Below, piece after piece: positions 25,882 through 38,265 of a stretch of DNA of 64,000 nt. Source of the DNA: Oikopleura dioica (lineage: Eukaryota > Animalia > Chordata). Under the pieces are notes generated by a model. That model saw nothing but the letters and a program-made list of their open reading frames with translations, ran no database searches and had not been told where the DNA came from. The stretch lies in assembly GCA_907165135.1 (NCBI GenBank), contig OU015568.1:2232001-2296000 (forward strand), given 5' to 3'. Positions within the stretch are counted from its first letter, which is position 1; every line of letters starts with the position of its first letter. The position numbers and the translations under genes are program-made.

Positions 25882-28471
25882 ATGGAAACAGTAGTTCAAT
25901 TAGATGAGACCGTAGTGAAAGGAGTATCGCCACCGCCGTTGGATCCAACAGGGACTACTGTAGAACCGATTGTCGAAGAACCTACGCCGACTTACGAGCC
26001 AGTTGTCAATCATGTCCAGCCTCCAAGTCCACCGAGGCAACGACTTCCAAAGGTATCGTTCTTTCTTCGGATCTTCAGAACTCTTAGATAATCTTACATG
26101 ATCTACTATCTGTAAATCAGACATTTCAATCAATACTACCGGCAGATAACTGTCTTCTTAGCCCAATCCTGGGTAGAAAATAGACTATCTTCGGTTTTTT
26201 TAGTCTCAAAATGAATCTTTTTGAAGCAGAAAAATTTGATTTTCACGAAATAATTAAGTTCATCTCGGCGACGGATCAACTGCGGCTGGAATCACAATTG
26301 TCGACGAACCAAATATCCAATAGTACGCTTCCACTTTCTAATGGCGAAAAGCGCTTGTCAAATATTGAATGCTCAGAGAAGAGGCGCCAGACGCGCTTCG
26401 TCACGAAAAAAGGTACAGTCAATATGCGAGTTTTTGTTGGCGAAATCGCCGATAAACAAAATGAGTTGCACCCCTTAAACTTTCATTGAAGGTCAATGCA
26501 ATGTAAAGCACGGGAACGTAGAAGGAAAATACCGCTACTTTTCGGATCTTTTCACCACCCTGGTGGACCTAAAATGGCGTTGGAACTTGTTGATATTCTG
26601 CTCCTGCTACGTGCTCTCGTGGTTCTTCTTCGCTTGTATTTGGTTCTCCATCGCGCTCATTCACAACGACATTCAACCACTGATGCCTTCCATTCCACAA
26701 AGCAACTATCAAGATTATCCCGCTTTCGAGAACGTCTCGTTTGCGGAGTGCCAGACTAGCATAGATCAGTTCAATCAAGGAAAGGGCCAAACTATTCAAC
26801 CCCCAAAAAACGGCCGCTCTTCTTAGCCCCCCTTACCCCAATCATAAATTTCGGAGAAGATAGTAAGCCTATGCAAAGAATCTTCAGACCTCACCAAATC
26901 AATACGCGAAGCCATTTTATCCACTCAGTTATCCGGTCTGTACGACGATCTCACTGAAACTTGCGAAATGGAGATGGTGAAGTTTTATGAACCGCAATAT
27001 GAATTCAGAGGACCACCACCGCCAATCGCTAATAACAGTTCTCCAGGTATGCTCACTTCAAATTTTCATTTGCTCTAATTTCCATTCGCTCAAACCCATA
27101 TTTTGTCGTGAAATCATGTCAAAATATTATTCAGACCATTCAAACATGCATTATTACCGAGGTACTAACAAAAAAGAAAAGCTAACTTTGTGTCGATTGT
27201 CGAGTTTTTCTCGAGAATTTCATGCGATGTCAATTTTTTATCAACATTTTTTTTCATTTTTTTGCCTTTTATCATAAAGTTCAAATCCATCAACGATTAT
27301 TTCTAGAAAAAAAGCCAGAAGGAATCACCCCAGAGGTCTGTGTCTACGGAGTCGATTCCTTCACCGCGGCCTTTCTCTACTCCATCGAAACCCAAGTGAC
27401 AATCGGCTATGGAACGAGGGTTATAACCGACAAATGTCCAGAGGCGATTCTTCTGTTGATAGTCCAGTCGATTCTTGGATCGATCGTCGATGCCTTCATG
27501 GTTGGCTGTATGTTTGTAAAGATTTCCCAACCAAAGAAAAGGACGGAGACGATCGTGTTTTCGAAGAATGCTGTGATCTGTACGAGGGATGGAAAATTGA
27601 CTTTTATGTTTCGGTAAAAAATGCATATTATGGCTACTGTCAATTGAATTCTAGAGTTGGAGATCTGCGAAACTCCCACATCGTGGAGGCCCAAATCCGA
27701 GCCAAACTAATCAAATCCCGCCAAACTGCCGAAGGCGAGTTTATGCCACTCGACCAAACAGACCTCAACGTAAGCTTTTCTAGTTCTCAAGCGCTCTAGA
27801 ACTCTCTTTAGGTCGGATTCGACACAGGAGATGATCGGTTATTCCTCGTCACGCCGCTGATGATTTCGCATACGATAGACGAGAAATCGCCGTTTTGGGA
27901 GATGAGCCAAGAGAGTTTGCAAAGGGAGGAATTCGAAATTGTCGTCATTCTGGAGGGTAGGGTCTTGTCTTTTTTCTTGTTTCTCATTTGTTTCAAGGAA
28001 TGGTGGAAGCGACGGGAATGACCTGCCAAGCGCGGAGTAGTTACATTGAAGATGAAGTGCTTTGGGGACATCGCTTTGAACCAGTTCTTCTTCAAGCAGA
28101 AACCTACTATGAGGTGAGCTTTAGGGTCTGTGTCTGCTTTAAATATTTTAAGGTTGACTATGCTTCCTTCCACAAAACATTCGAAGTCAACTGCCCCGTC
28201 AAGTCTGGCAAAGAAACTCATAACGACGAGCTTGAGCGCCAAAAGTAAGCAAAACAATCATCAACAACAAGTGACTGTATCTTTAAGAAATCCTGAAAAC
28301 GGGACGGACACTCCGAATGCAGAAAACAACATGCAGAGAAATCGGCGTCTCAATCTTCCTAATCAATCAGGCGATATGAGCGGATCAGTGACTCCAGTCG
28401 GCGGCCCCATAGGCGGGATTGGACTACATCACACTCCAAGGAAAATGCACAACATGCCAAAATTTGTTTGA
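25882..28471 (+). CDS. KCNJ: Inward-rectifier K+ channel, Kir3/GIRK-like
   Basis: RFVTKKGQCNV; [12 protein letters not shown]; selectivity filter [11 protein letters not shown]; ITDKCPE; [15 protein letters not shown]; [23 protein letters not shown]; termini approximate. Confidence 0.95.
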
Positions 28472-29013
28472 GAGACAGTGCAAACAGTTGAACGCGCTTG
28501 GTAACTCTTTGCATGAAACGAGTAACGAATCAAATCATGATCATAAATCGACTAACAGTAGAATTAGCAATTTTAACAGCATGGTTATTGTTAAAAAGAA
28601 GTTTTATTGGCTGAAATCAACGAGGACAAGGATTCTTCTGAGCTAATTCCAAGAATCTGATTTCATTTTTTAAGTTTCTTTCTTGAAAATTGAGTTGTGA
28701 ATTTTCAAAGTTTCAGAAAACGCCGCCAAGACTTGATGCAATAACTGATACTCTCTGTCTCAAATATTTATTTCACTAGCAAAAAAACAACAACAACGCA
28801 TTCCCACTCAAACTGACTGAGAAAACGACCGACTGCTGATGTTTTTGGAGCTGAACACTACTCAAGATCAAAAACAATATATTTATACAGTCTTTTTCTT
28901 GCTGACCTTGACATTGCTTCTCGAAAATACTGCCAGAATTTTATTCCGCTTATCACTTTCTTTTAATTTTTAGAATTTCTTGATACAATAAACTTCAAAA
29001 AATCTATTTTTTT

Positions 29014-30902
29014 TTATTCGACGGTCCAAAGAAACTCTTCATCGTTCATCAAAATCGACTCAGAGAATGAAATTCTAGCGACTTCCAGGACAGAGACACC
29101 TTGTTCGAGAAAGCGATTAGTAGTTATTGCTCGTCGTATGTTCGGATCTTGATCATACCAGTAATAAATTATTACTAATAATCATCATAGTGAAGTTGGA
29201 ATTTTCCTGGCTTGATTGGATGCGGAGTCAGCCGCCAGATTGTTCCGCGATCTTGGCTTAGCTCAACCATATCGGATTTTCCCCTTTTCCATCTTCGCCC
29301 ATCGTTCGCTTCGATAAAGAGTCTGATTTGACCATCAATGAGTGTTTCTACTTTTATAAATTTATATTTTTCGCCTTTTATTACAGCAGCAAGGACATAT
29401 TGAATCACATTGACAATGGTTTCTTCCTTGATTTCCTTCCCGTTGAGTTTAAGGTTGCTGAAGTCTTCGGCCATTGATGTTGTGGATATTGTTGTTGTTG
29501 TTGGATTTGTTCTGATATGTGCTGTTGTTGTTGAAGACAGCTCTGATGTTGTCGTTGTTTTCATTCCACAAAAAATATTATCGCAACCAAGACAACCCTG
29601 GGGACAATCTTCGGCACAGGGACATCTTTTGAAGCATGCTAAACATGATAAAATCGCGAAAAATGTGTAAATAAACCTTCATATCCTTCCTCACAAGTTG
29701 ATATGCAAACTGGACTTTCACAGAGAAGCCGACATCTAGTGAAAACAACTCGACAGAGGTCCTCACAGTCTTGTTGCAAGTCTTTGTCTCTAAGAAAATA
29801 AACCATTGAAAATGCAATTGCATAAGATTAAAAGGATAACTCACGGGCAAAAGTCTTCTTCAAGGGTCGTTGTCGATAAAAACGTAAGAATTGAAGATGT
29901 CGAGGAGGTAGAGATGCTCGATATGGTTGTCAAGATTGATGTTCTCGAACCGATTGGGGTCGATGTTCTGGGGAATATTGTGGTTGCTGTCGGTCTCGTG
30001 GTTGATGTAGTCGTAGATGTTGGTGTTGTTCTTGTCCTTATAGATGAGGCTGAAACTGTCGTAGTGATTTTCGTAGTTTTTGTAGTCATTTTTGTGAAAT
30101 TCTCTATTGTACCAATTGTGGTTGTTATTTTGGGGAAAGTTGTGGTGGCTGTCATGTTTATTGTTGAAGTAGTCGTAGTGGCTTCTGTAGTTGTCGTGGT
30201 AATTGTTGTGTAAGTCTCTATTATACTGATGCAATCGGGCAAGCTGCTGTCTAAGCTCGGGCACCAAGCACAATCTTTTTGCATCGAACATATTTAATAG
30301 CTCGTATGAAAGCTCAATGTTGGGCACGCTTTACGGCTCTCACAATTTTCACTTGGGCAGACAGCTTCATGAAAATAGCACCAAGGAGTTCCCTTCATAA
30401 ATCGCGATAGTGGCTGATAGCAGCAATGATTTGCCTCACATTCAGCTTCAGTTGATCCGTAATAACCGCAGTCAACTTTATACTCGTTCACAGCTGAGCA
30501 ATCTTTTCTCGCGACATCACAGTTGAGATTTTCTTTTGCTTTTTCGATGCATTGATAGTCTGTCTTCCACGTGGCGCAGAATTGACAGCCTACTCGAGTA
30601 CATTCATCAGGGCCGACCTCGCGGTTTTCTTCGGGCGAAAAATATTTGCAAGGTGTTCTGCAGCCGTCTTTAAGACATGGACATTGTGAGCCTTCCTTGG
30701 CGCGAAAACACCATGGTTCGACGCTGTTGTGTCCCCATTCTTTCCAGCAACAACCAGCATTGACGCAATCATATTCATTTCCTTTGTAGCAATCAATCAA
30801 ACCATCTTTTGATTCTACTGCACATTTAGCAACTCGATCATCTCTACAGAAATCACCACCAAAGGCACTGTGAAAAACAAGGATAAATATACTTTCTCTC
30901 AT
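29014..30902 (-). pseudogene. Secreted mucin-like gene (trefoil/P-type domains, Thr stalk, 14-Cys module, Thr stalk, novel C-terminal domain), disrupted
   Basis: Signal peptide MRESIFILVFHSAFG; trefoil-like GCCW..PWCF and DCGY..CCY..PWCYF; in-frame TAA at 30294-30296; 14-nt frameshifting insertion at 29164-29177 relative to the paralog at 31034-32042. Confidence 0.75.
29860..30215 (-). repeat. Thr-rich low-complexity (mucin-like) coding tract
   Basis: ACN-codon-rich stretch, TTITTTTTEATTTTST.. Confidence 0.8.
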
Positions 30903-31033
30903 TTTTCTTCTGAGGTTGCCTTATGCGCTGAAAATTTTTCGAATCGATCAGACTTTTAATGAAAAGTAAATTTCAAAGTTGGAAAAGAAGGTGGTCGAAA
31001 GCTGGGTCAGTCTGTCTGCACAATCAGTGATTT

Positions 31034-32042
31034 TTATTCAACAGTCCATAAAAACTCTTCATCTTCCATCAGGATTGATTCCGAGAACGAAATTCGAGCT
31101 ACTTCTAAAACAGAGACTCCCGGCTCCCAGTAAGAATTTGTAGTGATTCCTCGTCTTGTGTTGGGATCTTGATCGTACCAGTAATTTTCGTCGAAGTGGA
31201 TTTGGAATTTTCCGGGCTGGGTCGGGTGTGGAGTCAGTCTCCATGTCGTTCCTCTTATTTGGCTTAGCTCGACAAGATCAGTTATTCCTCTTTTCCATTT
31301 ACGACCATCTTCTGACTCGATGTAGCCTCGGACATGGCCGTTTGAAAGAGTTTCGACTTCAATAAAAGCATACATTTCACCGTTATCTACAGCGGCAAGG
31401 ACGTCTTGAAGACCACTGTAGATGGTAACTTCCTTAATTTCCTGTTTATTGAGCTTGAGATTCACGAATTCTCTGATTTTGGTAGTTGTAGTTGTTGAAC
31501 TTGTTGTTGTTGTTGTAGTTGATGTCGCGGTTGTCGTAGTTGTCGTTGTCGTAGTTGTCATTGTCGTAGTTGTTCTTGTTGTAGTTGAGGTCGTCGTTGT
31601 AGTCGTAGTCGTGGTAGTTGTTGTCGTCGTCGATGTAGTTCTTGTTGTTGTTGTAGATGTAATTGTTGTTGTAGTATCGAGTCCTGTTGAAATCGAATCA
31701 GTTCCACAGAAGATATTCTCGCAACCAACACACCCTTGAGGACAGTTTTCAGCACAAGGACATCCCTTGAAACAGACTAAAATAATGTTTGATTCAAAAG
31801 TCCCCTGGTCGTTTCGATACCTTCGTATTCATCCTCACAATCAGAAGTACAAGCTTCACTTTCGCAGAGCAAACGACATCTCGTGAAGACTACTCGACAG
31901 AGGTCATCACAATCTCGATGCAAGTCCTCATCACTAGAATGCGATTTATGATTTTTCTTCGAAGAAAAACTTACGGACAAAGCTCTTCTTTCCATGTTCT
32001 ACCATCTGCGTTCGCGAAAATCAAAAAGAGAGAGGTTAACAT
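31034..32042 (-). CDS. Secreted protein: 14-Cys module, poly-Thr stalk, novel C-terminal domain of about 145 aa, 3 exons
   Basis: MLTSLFLIFANADGRTWKEELCP|DEDLHRDCDDLC..|VCFKGCPCAENCPQGCVGCENIFC; about 65 Thr-rich codons; ends EEFLWTVE; tandem paralog of 29014-30902. Confidence 0.85.
31480..31680 (-). repeat. Poly-threonine (ACN)n coding tract
   Basis: (GTT/GTC/GTA)n on the + strand. Confidence 0.9.
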
Positions 32043-32228
32043 TTCACGAAGATTACGAGTTCAAACTGCTTTCAGTTCCATAAATGCAATTGAAAAAACC
32101 GCGAATATTTGCGCCGAAGCCACAGATTTCTGAGTGTATTGGTCAAAGTCATTGAAAAAATGACATTTGATTGTAGATCAAGTGCTAGAAAATCCCAATT
32201 CGATCTCAAGACAGGACGTTTATCCGCT

Positions 32229-33710
32229 TTAATTTTCAGAATTATTCGTAACGACAGAAAATCTTGTTGTTTCTTCGCATTTCTTTGACCTCCTTATTCT
32301 CAGTGAGTTCTTCAGGTCTTGCCGAAACTGTCTACTTCTGAATGAATACAAGCCAGCGTTCAAAGCAGGCAGCAAGGACATTAGAATATCATCAGTTCTA
32401 GTGAGCGCTTTGCAAGCATTTTCGTCTTCAACGCGAAAGAACATCCGAATAAGTCGGTAAACACTGTTGTATCCAAGAACAATCCCGTTGGACGTCAGAA
32501 AGAGCATCAAAGTCTGATGAAGATCGCGCTCCACGGTGCTTGATCGATGGCTCGTGGATGTTCCTATTGACGCAACTTGTCTAGCAGACGATTGCACTGT
32601 CTTTTTGACTTTGATCAAGCTCCAAGCTAAAGAACGATTTCTAGATTAAACATTTGGCAAAGCAACTAACCAATAATCGTGAACGGGAAAAGTCGACAGA
32701 AAATAATCTGAAACGTAAAGAAAAGTATCCTCGGTTCAGAAAAAATCTCTCCAAAAGAAGGATGATCAAAAGGTGTCATTATCAAAGACGTGTAGGGCTC
32801 ATCACAGGACGTGAACGAGGAAGACTTATATTTTTGTTTCAGATTGCAAATTTCTTCCATTTCTTCTTTTTCGGTGATTTTCTTTTCCTCGAAAATCGCT
32901 TGACATTGATTTTCTGAAAATGAGCTCCAGACAACATCGCATTTTGGACCGTTTCCTTCCATCCAAGGGCAATTGAAGGGCGTTTTGATCGTTGCTGCTT
33001 TCATTTTCGGGAGAGCCATCAGAAGGGAAATGAAAACAGCGAAACAAATCAAAAGAAATGAGTTGAAACGTCTGATGAATTTGAAAGAGCCGGCGATGGA
33101 AAGTCGAAAGAGCGAGAAAATGACCAAAACCATCATCGAAGAATTCAGAGTTGCTTCGGGGAGAAACTCAACAGAGCGGCAGACGAAAAGTGATGAAGTC
33201 AAAAGTCGATTTTCGTCGAGATCGTAAAACTTCGATATTGCATAGATGATGTCGATGATTGCAAGGGATGTGACCAGATTTGAGGCTCTTCAAGAAGATT
33301 CAAGATTTATTCCGGATTTTCTCAAAAAGTAATTTTGAATCTTGACTTGAGCGCTGTTTTCTAGAGAGCATAATTACCAAAACGAGTATATTTAGCAGAA
33401 TTCCGACGATTAGCAGACTAAAATTGATCCAATACAGAATACTCTCGTAATCAACTGCTTCTTCTTCAGTTTCTCTCCTTTTCCGAAAACCGGTGAACGA
33501 AATGTTGTAGAGACTCAGTAGATCGTAAATGTCCTCTTCAGATGATGTTCCATCACACAACCTGGTCTACAAGACACTAACCATGAAATTCACCGTACTC
33601 AATAAAACCTGGTTGTAGACATATTCTCTGAAAACATTTTTGTAGTGCTTGTAGCATTCACACATATTGTAAGGGTACTCTGTTTCGATAGAAAATGATA
33701 TATTCTCCAT
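32229..33710 (-). CDS. Divergent class A (rhodopsin-like) GPCR, 4 exons
   Basis: TM1 VGILLN; TM2 SLAIID; TM3 C..SMMVLVIFSLFRL; TM4 LLMALP; long Cys-rich ECL2; TM7 PALNAGLY; helix 8 RQFRQDL. Confidence 0.7.
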
Positions 33711-34186
33711 CTCCAGGCTTGTTTCTTATTGTATCGAATTTATACTCCACGAAGATTTTTAAATAGATCCTCTCTCTTTTGTAGCAGAATTTTCGTCAAT
33801 GAAAATAGACTTTGGAGTCAAGCGGAGCTAAAACAACATTATCTCCGGCCCAATTTTATACCTCTTCGAGACCTTAATTTGATTGAATCCTGCCCTTGAA
33901 CCGCTTGTCTAAGGGTTAAAATCAGTAACCCGCTGTAAACTGTTTCTCTTGGCTTTCTAATGACCTGAAGCCCTCGTCTAAAAAGAGAACGATTTAGCGC
34001 AGTAAATTATCTTTTGTAAGCCACAGCCCCGAATCCACAAGGAGTCAAGGAAGATTGATGAATGAGCGAAATTCACCAAATTGAGACGTTTTCAATCAGA
34101 AAGAAGTCTGCACTTGATTTATAACTTTTAATTTTTGCTTCGCGAAGCTATTTTCGCGGGCGCCATGAAAGTTCAAATTCACACCG

Positions 34187-35367
34187 TTGCTACGATCTTT
34201 ACAGTTACAGTGTGCATACACCGCTCCTTGTAAATTAGCTGACGGAAGTGTCGAAATCCCCCGATACGGGTCTATCTGTATTTTCGCACTGCTTTTGTCG
34301 CTTTTGCTGACAGTATCGCCAGAAAGAACACTCGAGCGCCAGAATTGTCAAACAGCATTAAAAACCGCGCCTTCGAAAATTGAGAATTCAATGACGCAAA
34401 TTTCCGATATAACAATATCATTAAAAAAGGCAAAGACATTTATAAACGCCTTCGAGAAATTTTCGCAAAAAAAGGATGATTTTGAGGAGGAATTCCAGAG
34501 CATTTTTGGCGATTTTCCGACAGTCAAATATTTCCAGAGACGAATCGAATACTGCAAGAAAAAACTTCAAAGAGAAGAAAAGGTCCTTCGATTAATCGAC
34601 TGTAAAAACACTGAACATCGAAAAAATATGGCAAAGATGAGAATCAAATGCTACAAAGAATCGTTGGAGTCAGAAAAGAAGGCTTTGAAAACGGAAATTT
34701 CGAGGATAAAAGCGGAACTACCAGAGACCTTCTTGACAATTTCGAAAGCTCTTAATGCTCTTGAATTATTATTTCCACAAATTTGTGCCGAATACAAATC
34801 TCTTCAATTAGCTCTTGAAGAATTGTATCCAAGGTAAATCTTCATTGACTGAAAGGGGATAGATTCAAATCCCATTTTCGAACAGGCGATTTTGAAGGGA
34901 TACCCTTATTTTTTTCCTTTTTCTTTTTGCTTTGCAAATAAGAGGACTTTTTAGTTCCTATCTTGAAGAACACGAGTTCATAAATCTCGCTGCTTTTGTC
35001 GATTCCCAACACCTAAACAAGCCCCGCACACTCCCAATCGACAGTTTCCTCCTGACGGGAAAGCTTCTTCAAGGTAACAGTTTTAGTGAAAAACAAACAA
35101 CTTCAATCGGAGGTGATGATTTTCCCACGTCCCGAACGATTTATGACTGATGGAAAATTTTTAGTACATCGCTACCACGATTTATTCAAAGAATGTAAAA
35201 GTCTTGGCGATTTCCTGGAGACAACACTTCAAGCAAAATACAGTGGGAGCAATTTTTCTGACGAAATAAACGATCTTTTGAATTCGAAGGAAAAGTTCAC
35301 AAAGCTGCACGTGATTAAATTTGAGCCGCTCCTGCCGTCAACTGAACGACATTTTTTCTTTGATTGA
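34187..35367 (+). CDS. Unknown protein with N-terminal coiled coil, probably 3 exons
   Basis: 216-codon ORF ending at a GTAAAT donor, with further open exons to 35367; no recognisable family; true start may be downstream. Confidence 0.4.
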
Positions 35368-35463
35368 TACTGTTTCTCGTCTTACTGTACATATTTAAAA
35401 TGCTGATAAAAACGCTTAGTTTAAGAAATCTCTTCAATTCATCGAACTTCATTCTAGAGCATA

Positions 35464-36650
35464 AAGTGGTTACCCATCTTAAGAGGCCCTAACTTAAGAG
35501 GACTTTTGCGTCAATTTGGCTAATTTTGTCATCCTAAAAAGTTCCAACTCAAGAGGACTTTCTTGATGATTTTTATTAAATTTCGGGAAATATCTTGGCA
35601 AACAGTGAGTCATTAAGCATTTTTTTTACAGTAAAGAAACTCGAAATCTTTGACTGCTTTTCTGGCCATTTTGAAGACGATGGCTTTGCAATGTCGGCTT
35701 CATCTGAACCTGGAATTTGAGGTTCTTCCTCAATATCCATCGGGGTCGCAGCTTGTGTATCATCGATCTGAAGCGCCAGGAAATGCTCGATCAATTCTTC
35801 TTCGTCTTCTTTCTCCAAGATACTTTCGAAAACGTCCAAGCCCTCGACGTCTTCAACATTCTCCTCGTATTCTTCTTCTTTAATCAGTCCAGTATTGATC
35901 CAATTTCGCTTGAAGATTGCTGGATTCATGTAAGTGAAGATTTCGTTGGCTTTTCTCACGAGCTCTTCCTCTGTGATATTAAGATGATCGTGATCGACGA
36001 TAAAATCATCGAGGTAGTAGCAGATTTTTAAATTGTGGAAGAAGCTTGTAAGCCGGACAGAGTTATCGATATACATCAAATAACGCTGCGATGGATTTTT
36101 TTCTTTCAAAAACGCCGAAAGACGAGTCAGCTCCAGAATAAATATCGCTCTTGTACACCAGGCGGAGGAATTCCAGTATAGTCGAAAATCTTAAAATTAA
36201 TAAGCTTTGTTTTTTTCAATTTTTACCTTTAAAATCTCGAAATTCTATTTCATGAAATTTGAGATTTTTAGAGGAGGAGGGCTTGGAGTTGTCGAAGTTT
36301 GGGTTGGCCACTCGTTCTATCTGCTTTCTTGGTGCGCCTTTCCATTTACTTCCTTGATTTCTTATTATGATTGCGGGGCGGTAATCTTTTAGCGGCCCAA
36401 ACGCAGAGATTGTCGGGATATATGTAAACCGCTCTTTTTGATGAGCAATTTTCGAGAGTTGATCATCTGATCCAAGCAGGATACGATTTCGCGTGTCAAT
36501 CTCTCGGCTGACGCCTGTCTTGTCACAGTTCAGAATAGCACTTTAATTTAATGATTTCAAAAATAAATTATCAAATCCTCACCTCAATGGATAATTCGAA
36601 CGACAGGATCGTAAACGCTGAATTTCGAAATTTTTCTCTTCTTCTTAATT
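35464..36650 (-). mobile_element. Degenerate pogo/Tigger-like (DDE_1, Tc1/mariner superfamily) transposon remnant
   Basis: ILNCDKTG (cf. N-x-DETG), WNSSAWCT, RYLMYIDNS, FKRNWINTGLI; internal stops; one pogo-style end TA|AAGTGGTTACCCATCTTAAGAGGCCCTAACTTAAGAGG with repeated CTTAAGAGG. Confidence 0.75.
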
Positions 36651-37034
36651 CTAAAATTTGCTCAAATCAAAAAATTAGTTTAAATATTGCAGTTCAAATT
36701 TTCAGCAAAAGAAGTCCAATATTTGCCCTCTGGGTAGAGTTGCGCTCTTGCTCTCTGGACCAGCTCCAGGGTCTATTTTCTTGAAAAAAATAGGCGTAGC
36801 CCTTTTTGCCATCCTCGCGATTTTATTGCTCTTCGCGGCCGGGTGCCCTTGGGAAAACCTACCAATTTCAAAAAGCAAGCCCTTGAGTGATTGAACTGTG
36901 ACTTGAAGAGCTAGCGAAGGATCAGAAGCAACAACTCGCGCGTCTGTTTTTGACCTCGATCGAGAGTGAGGTGCTATTTTTTGCAAAAGGTTAAAAACAA
37001 GAGATCTAAAAGAAGATTTGACTGAAAGGTTCAA

Positions 37035-38265
37035 ATGGCAGAAAAAGAAGTCCCCTTAGGTAAACTGATGAAATCAGAATTTGTCTTTGGCAGCTTGAAA
37101 ATTGCACAAACCAGTTTGACCTTGATTTCGGGTTCAAAAAAAAAATAATTGGTTATTAAAATAAGAAAATTTTTTTTTGTGAAATCACTCTCAAATCCAG
37201 TTTGATTTGATAATCGTTTTTAGGACTCAAGTTCGTCTTTGGCGGATTATCAGGATGCGGTGCCGTTTGCGTCGCCCAGCCAATGGACTTGGTCAAGAAC
37301 CGAATGCAAGTTTCTGGCGAGGGCGGTGGAGCTCGACTATACAACAACTCCTTCCACTGCGCGCAGACTATCATCAAAACTGAAGGAATCGCTGGACTCT
37401 ACTCCGGACTCACCGCCTCTTTTGCCCGACAGCTCTCTTACACGACAGTCAGGTACAGAAGGAATAAAGAATGAGTATTTATAAGCGCCTAGACTTGGTG
37501 TCTACCAGACACTTCTCGGCCGATTCTCGAAAGATGGAGAAACTCCTGGTTTTGCTCTGAAAGCGGCTCTTGGAATGACTGCTGGTTCGATCGGTGCTTT
37601 CTTTGGAACCCCAGCTGATGTGGCTCTTGTCAGAATGACGGTTGATAAAAGATTGCCTCCAGCAGAGAGAAGAAACTATTCCTCGGTTTTGGACGCCTGG
37701 GCGAAAATCGTCAAGCATGAAGGAATTACAGCTCTTTGGGTAAAAATTGAAAATGAGGTTGAAAATTCAAAGATTCAAAATTCTAGCGTGGCGTTCTTCC
37801 GACCATCTACAGAGCAATGATTGTAAATGTCTGCCAGCTATCAGTTCAAACTCAAGCTAAAGAAGCTATTTATGATCAATTCAAAGGTGCTTATTTCGAA
37901 ATTTTTATGGCCCATTGAAATCGTTTTCTAGTTGAGAACAAACTTGCCCTTTCATTTTATGGATCCATGGTCGCTGGATTCGTAACTGCTTGCGTTAGTT
38001 TGCCTGTCGATATGGCGAAGACAAGAACGCAGAATATGAAGGTATGACTTCAAATAAGAATTCTTCTTGACAGAAAAATCAGGTCATCGATGGAAAACCA
38101 GAATACAAGGGAATGCTTGACGTAATTCAAAGAACTGCGAAATCAGAAGGAGTTCCTGCGCTGTGGAAAGGATGGACGCCCTATTTTGCTAGAACTGCCC
38201 CTATTACTGTTGTCACTTTGGTTCTTATGGACATGTTCATGTTCCAGTACAGAAAAATGTCATGA
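37035..38265 (+). CDS. SLC25A11: Mitochondrial 2-oxoglutarate/malate carrier
   Basis: QPMDLVKNRMQVSG, ARQLSYTTVRLG, GTPADVALVRMTVDKRLPPAERRNY, LPVDMAKTRTQNMK, LWKGWTPYFAR. Confidence 0.92.

Noticed and set aside
29806-31739. Val-rich + strand ORFs (29806-30213, 31422-31739)
   Set aside because: Antisense shadows of the Thr-rich coding tracts
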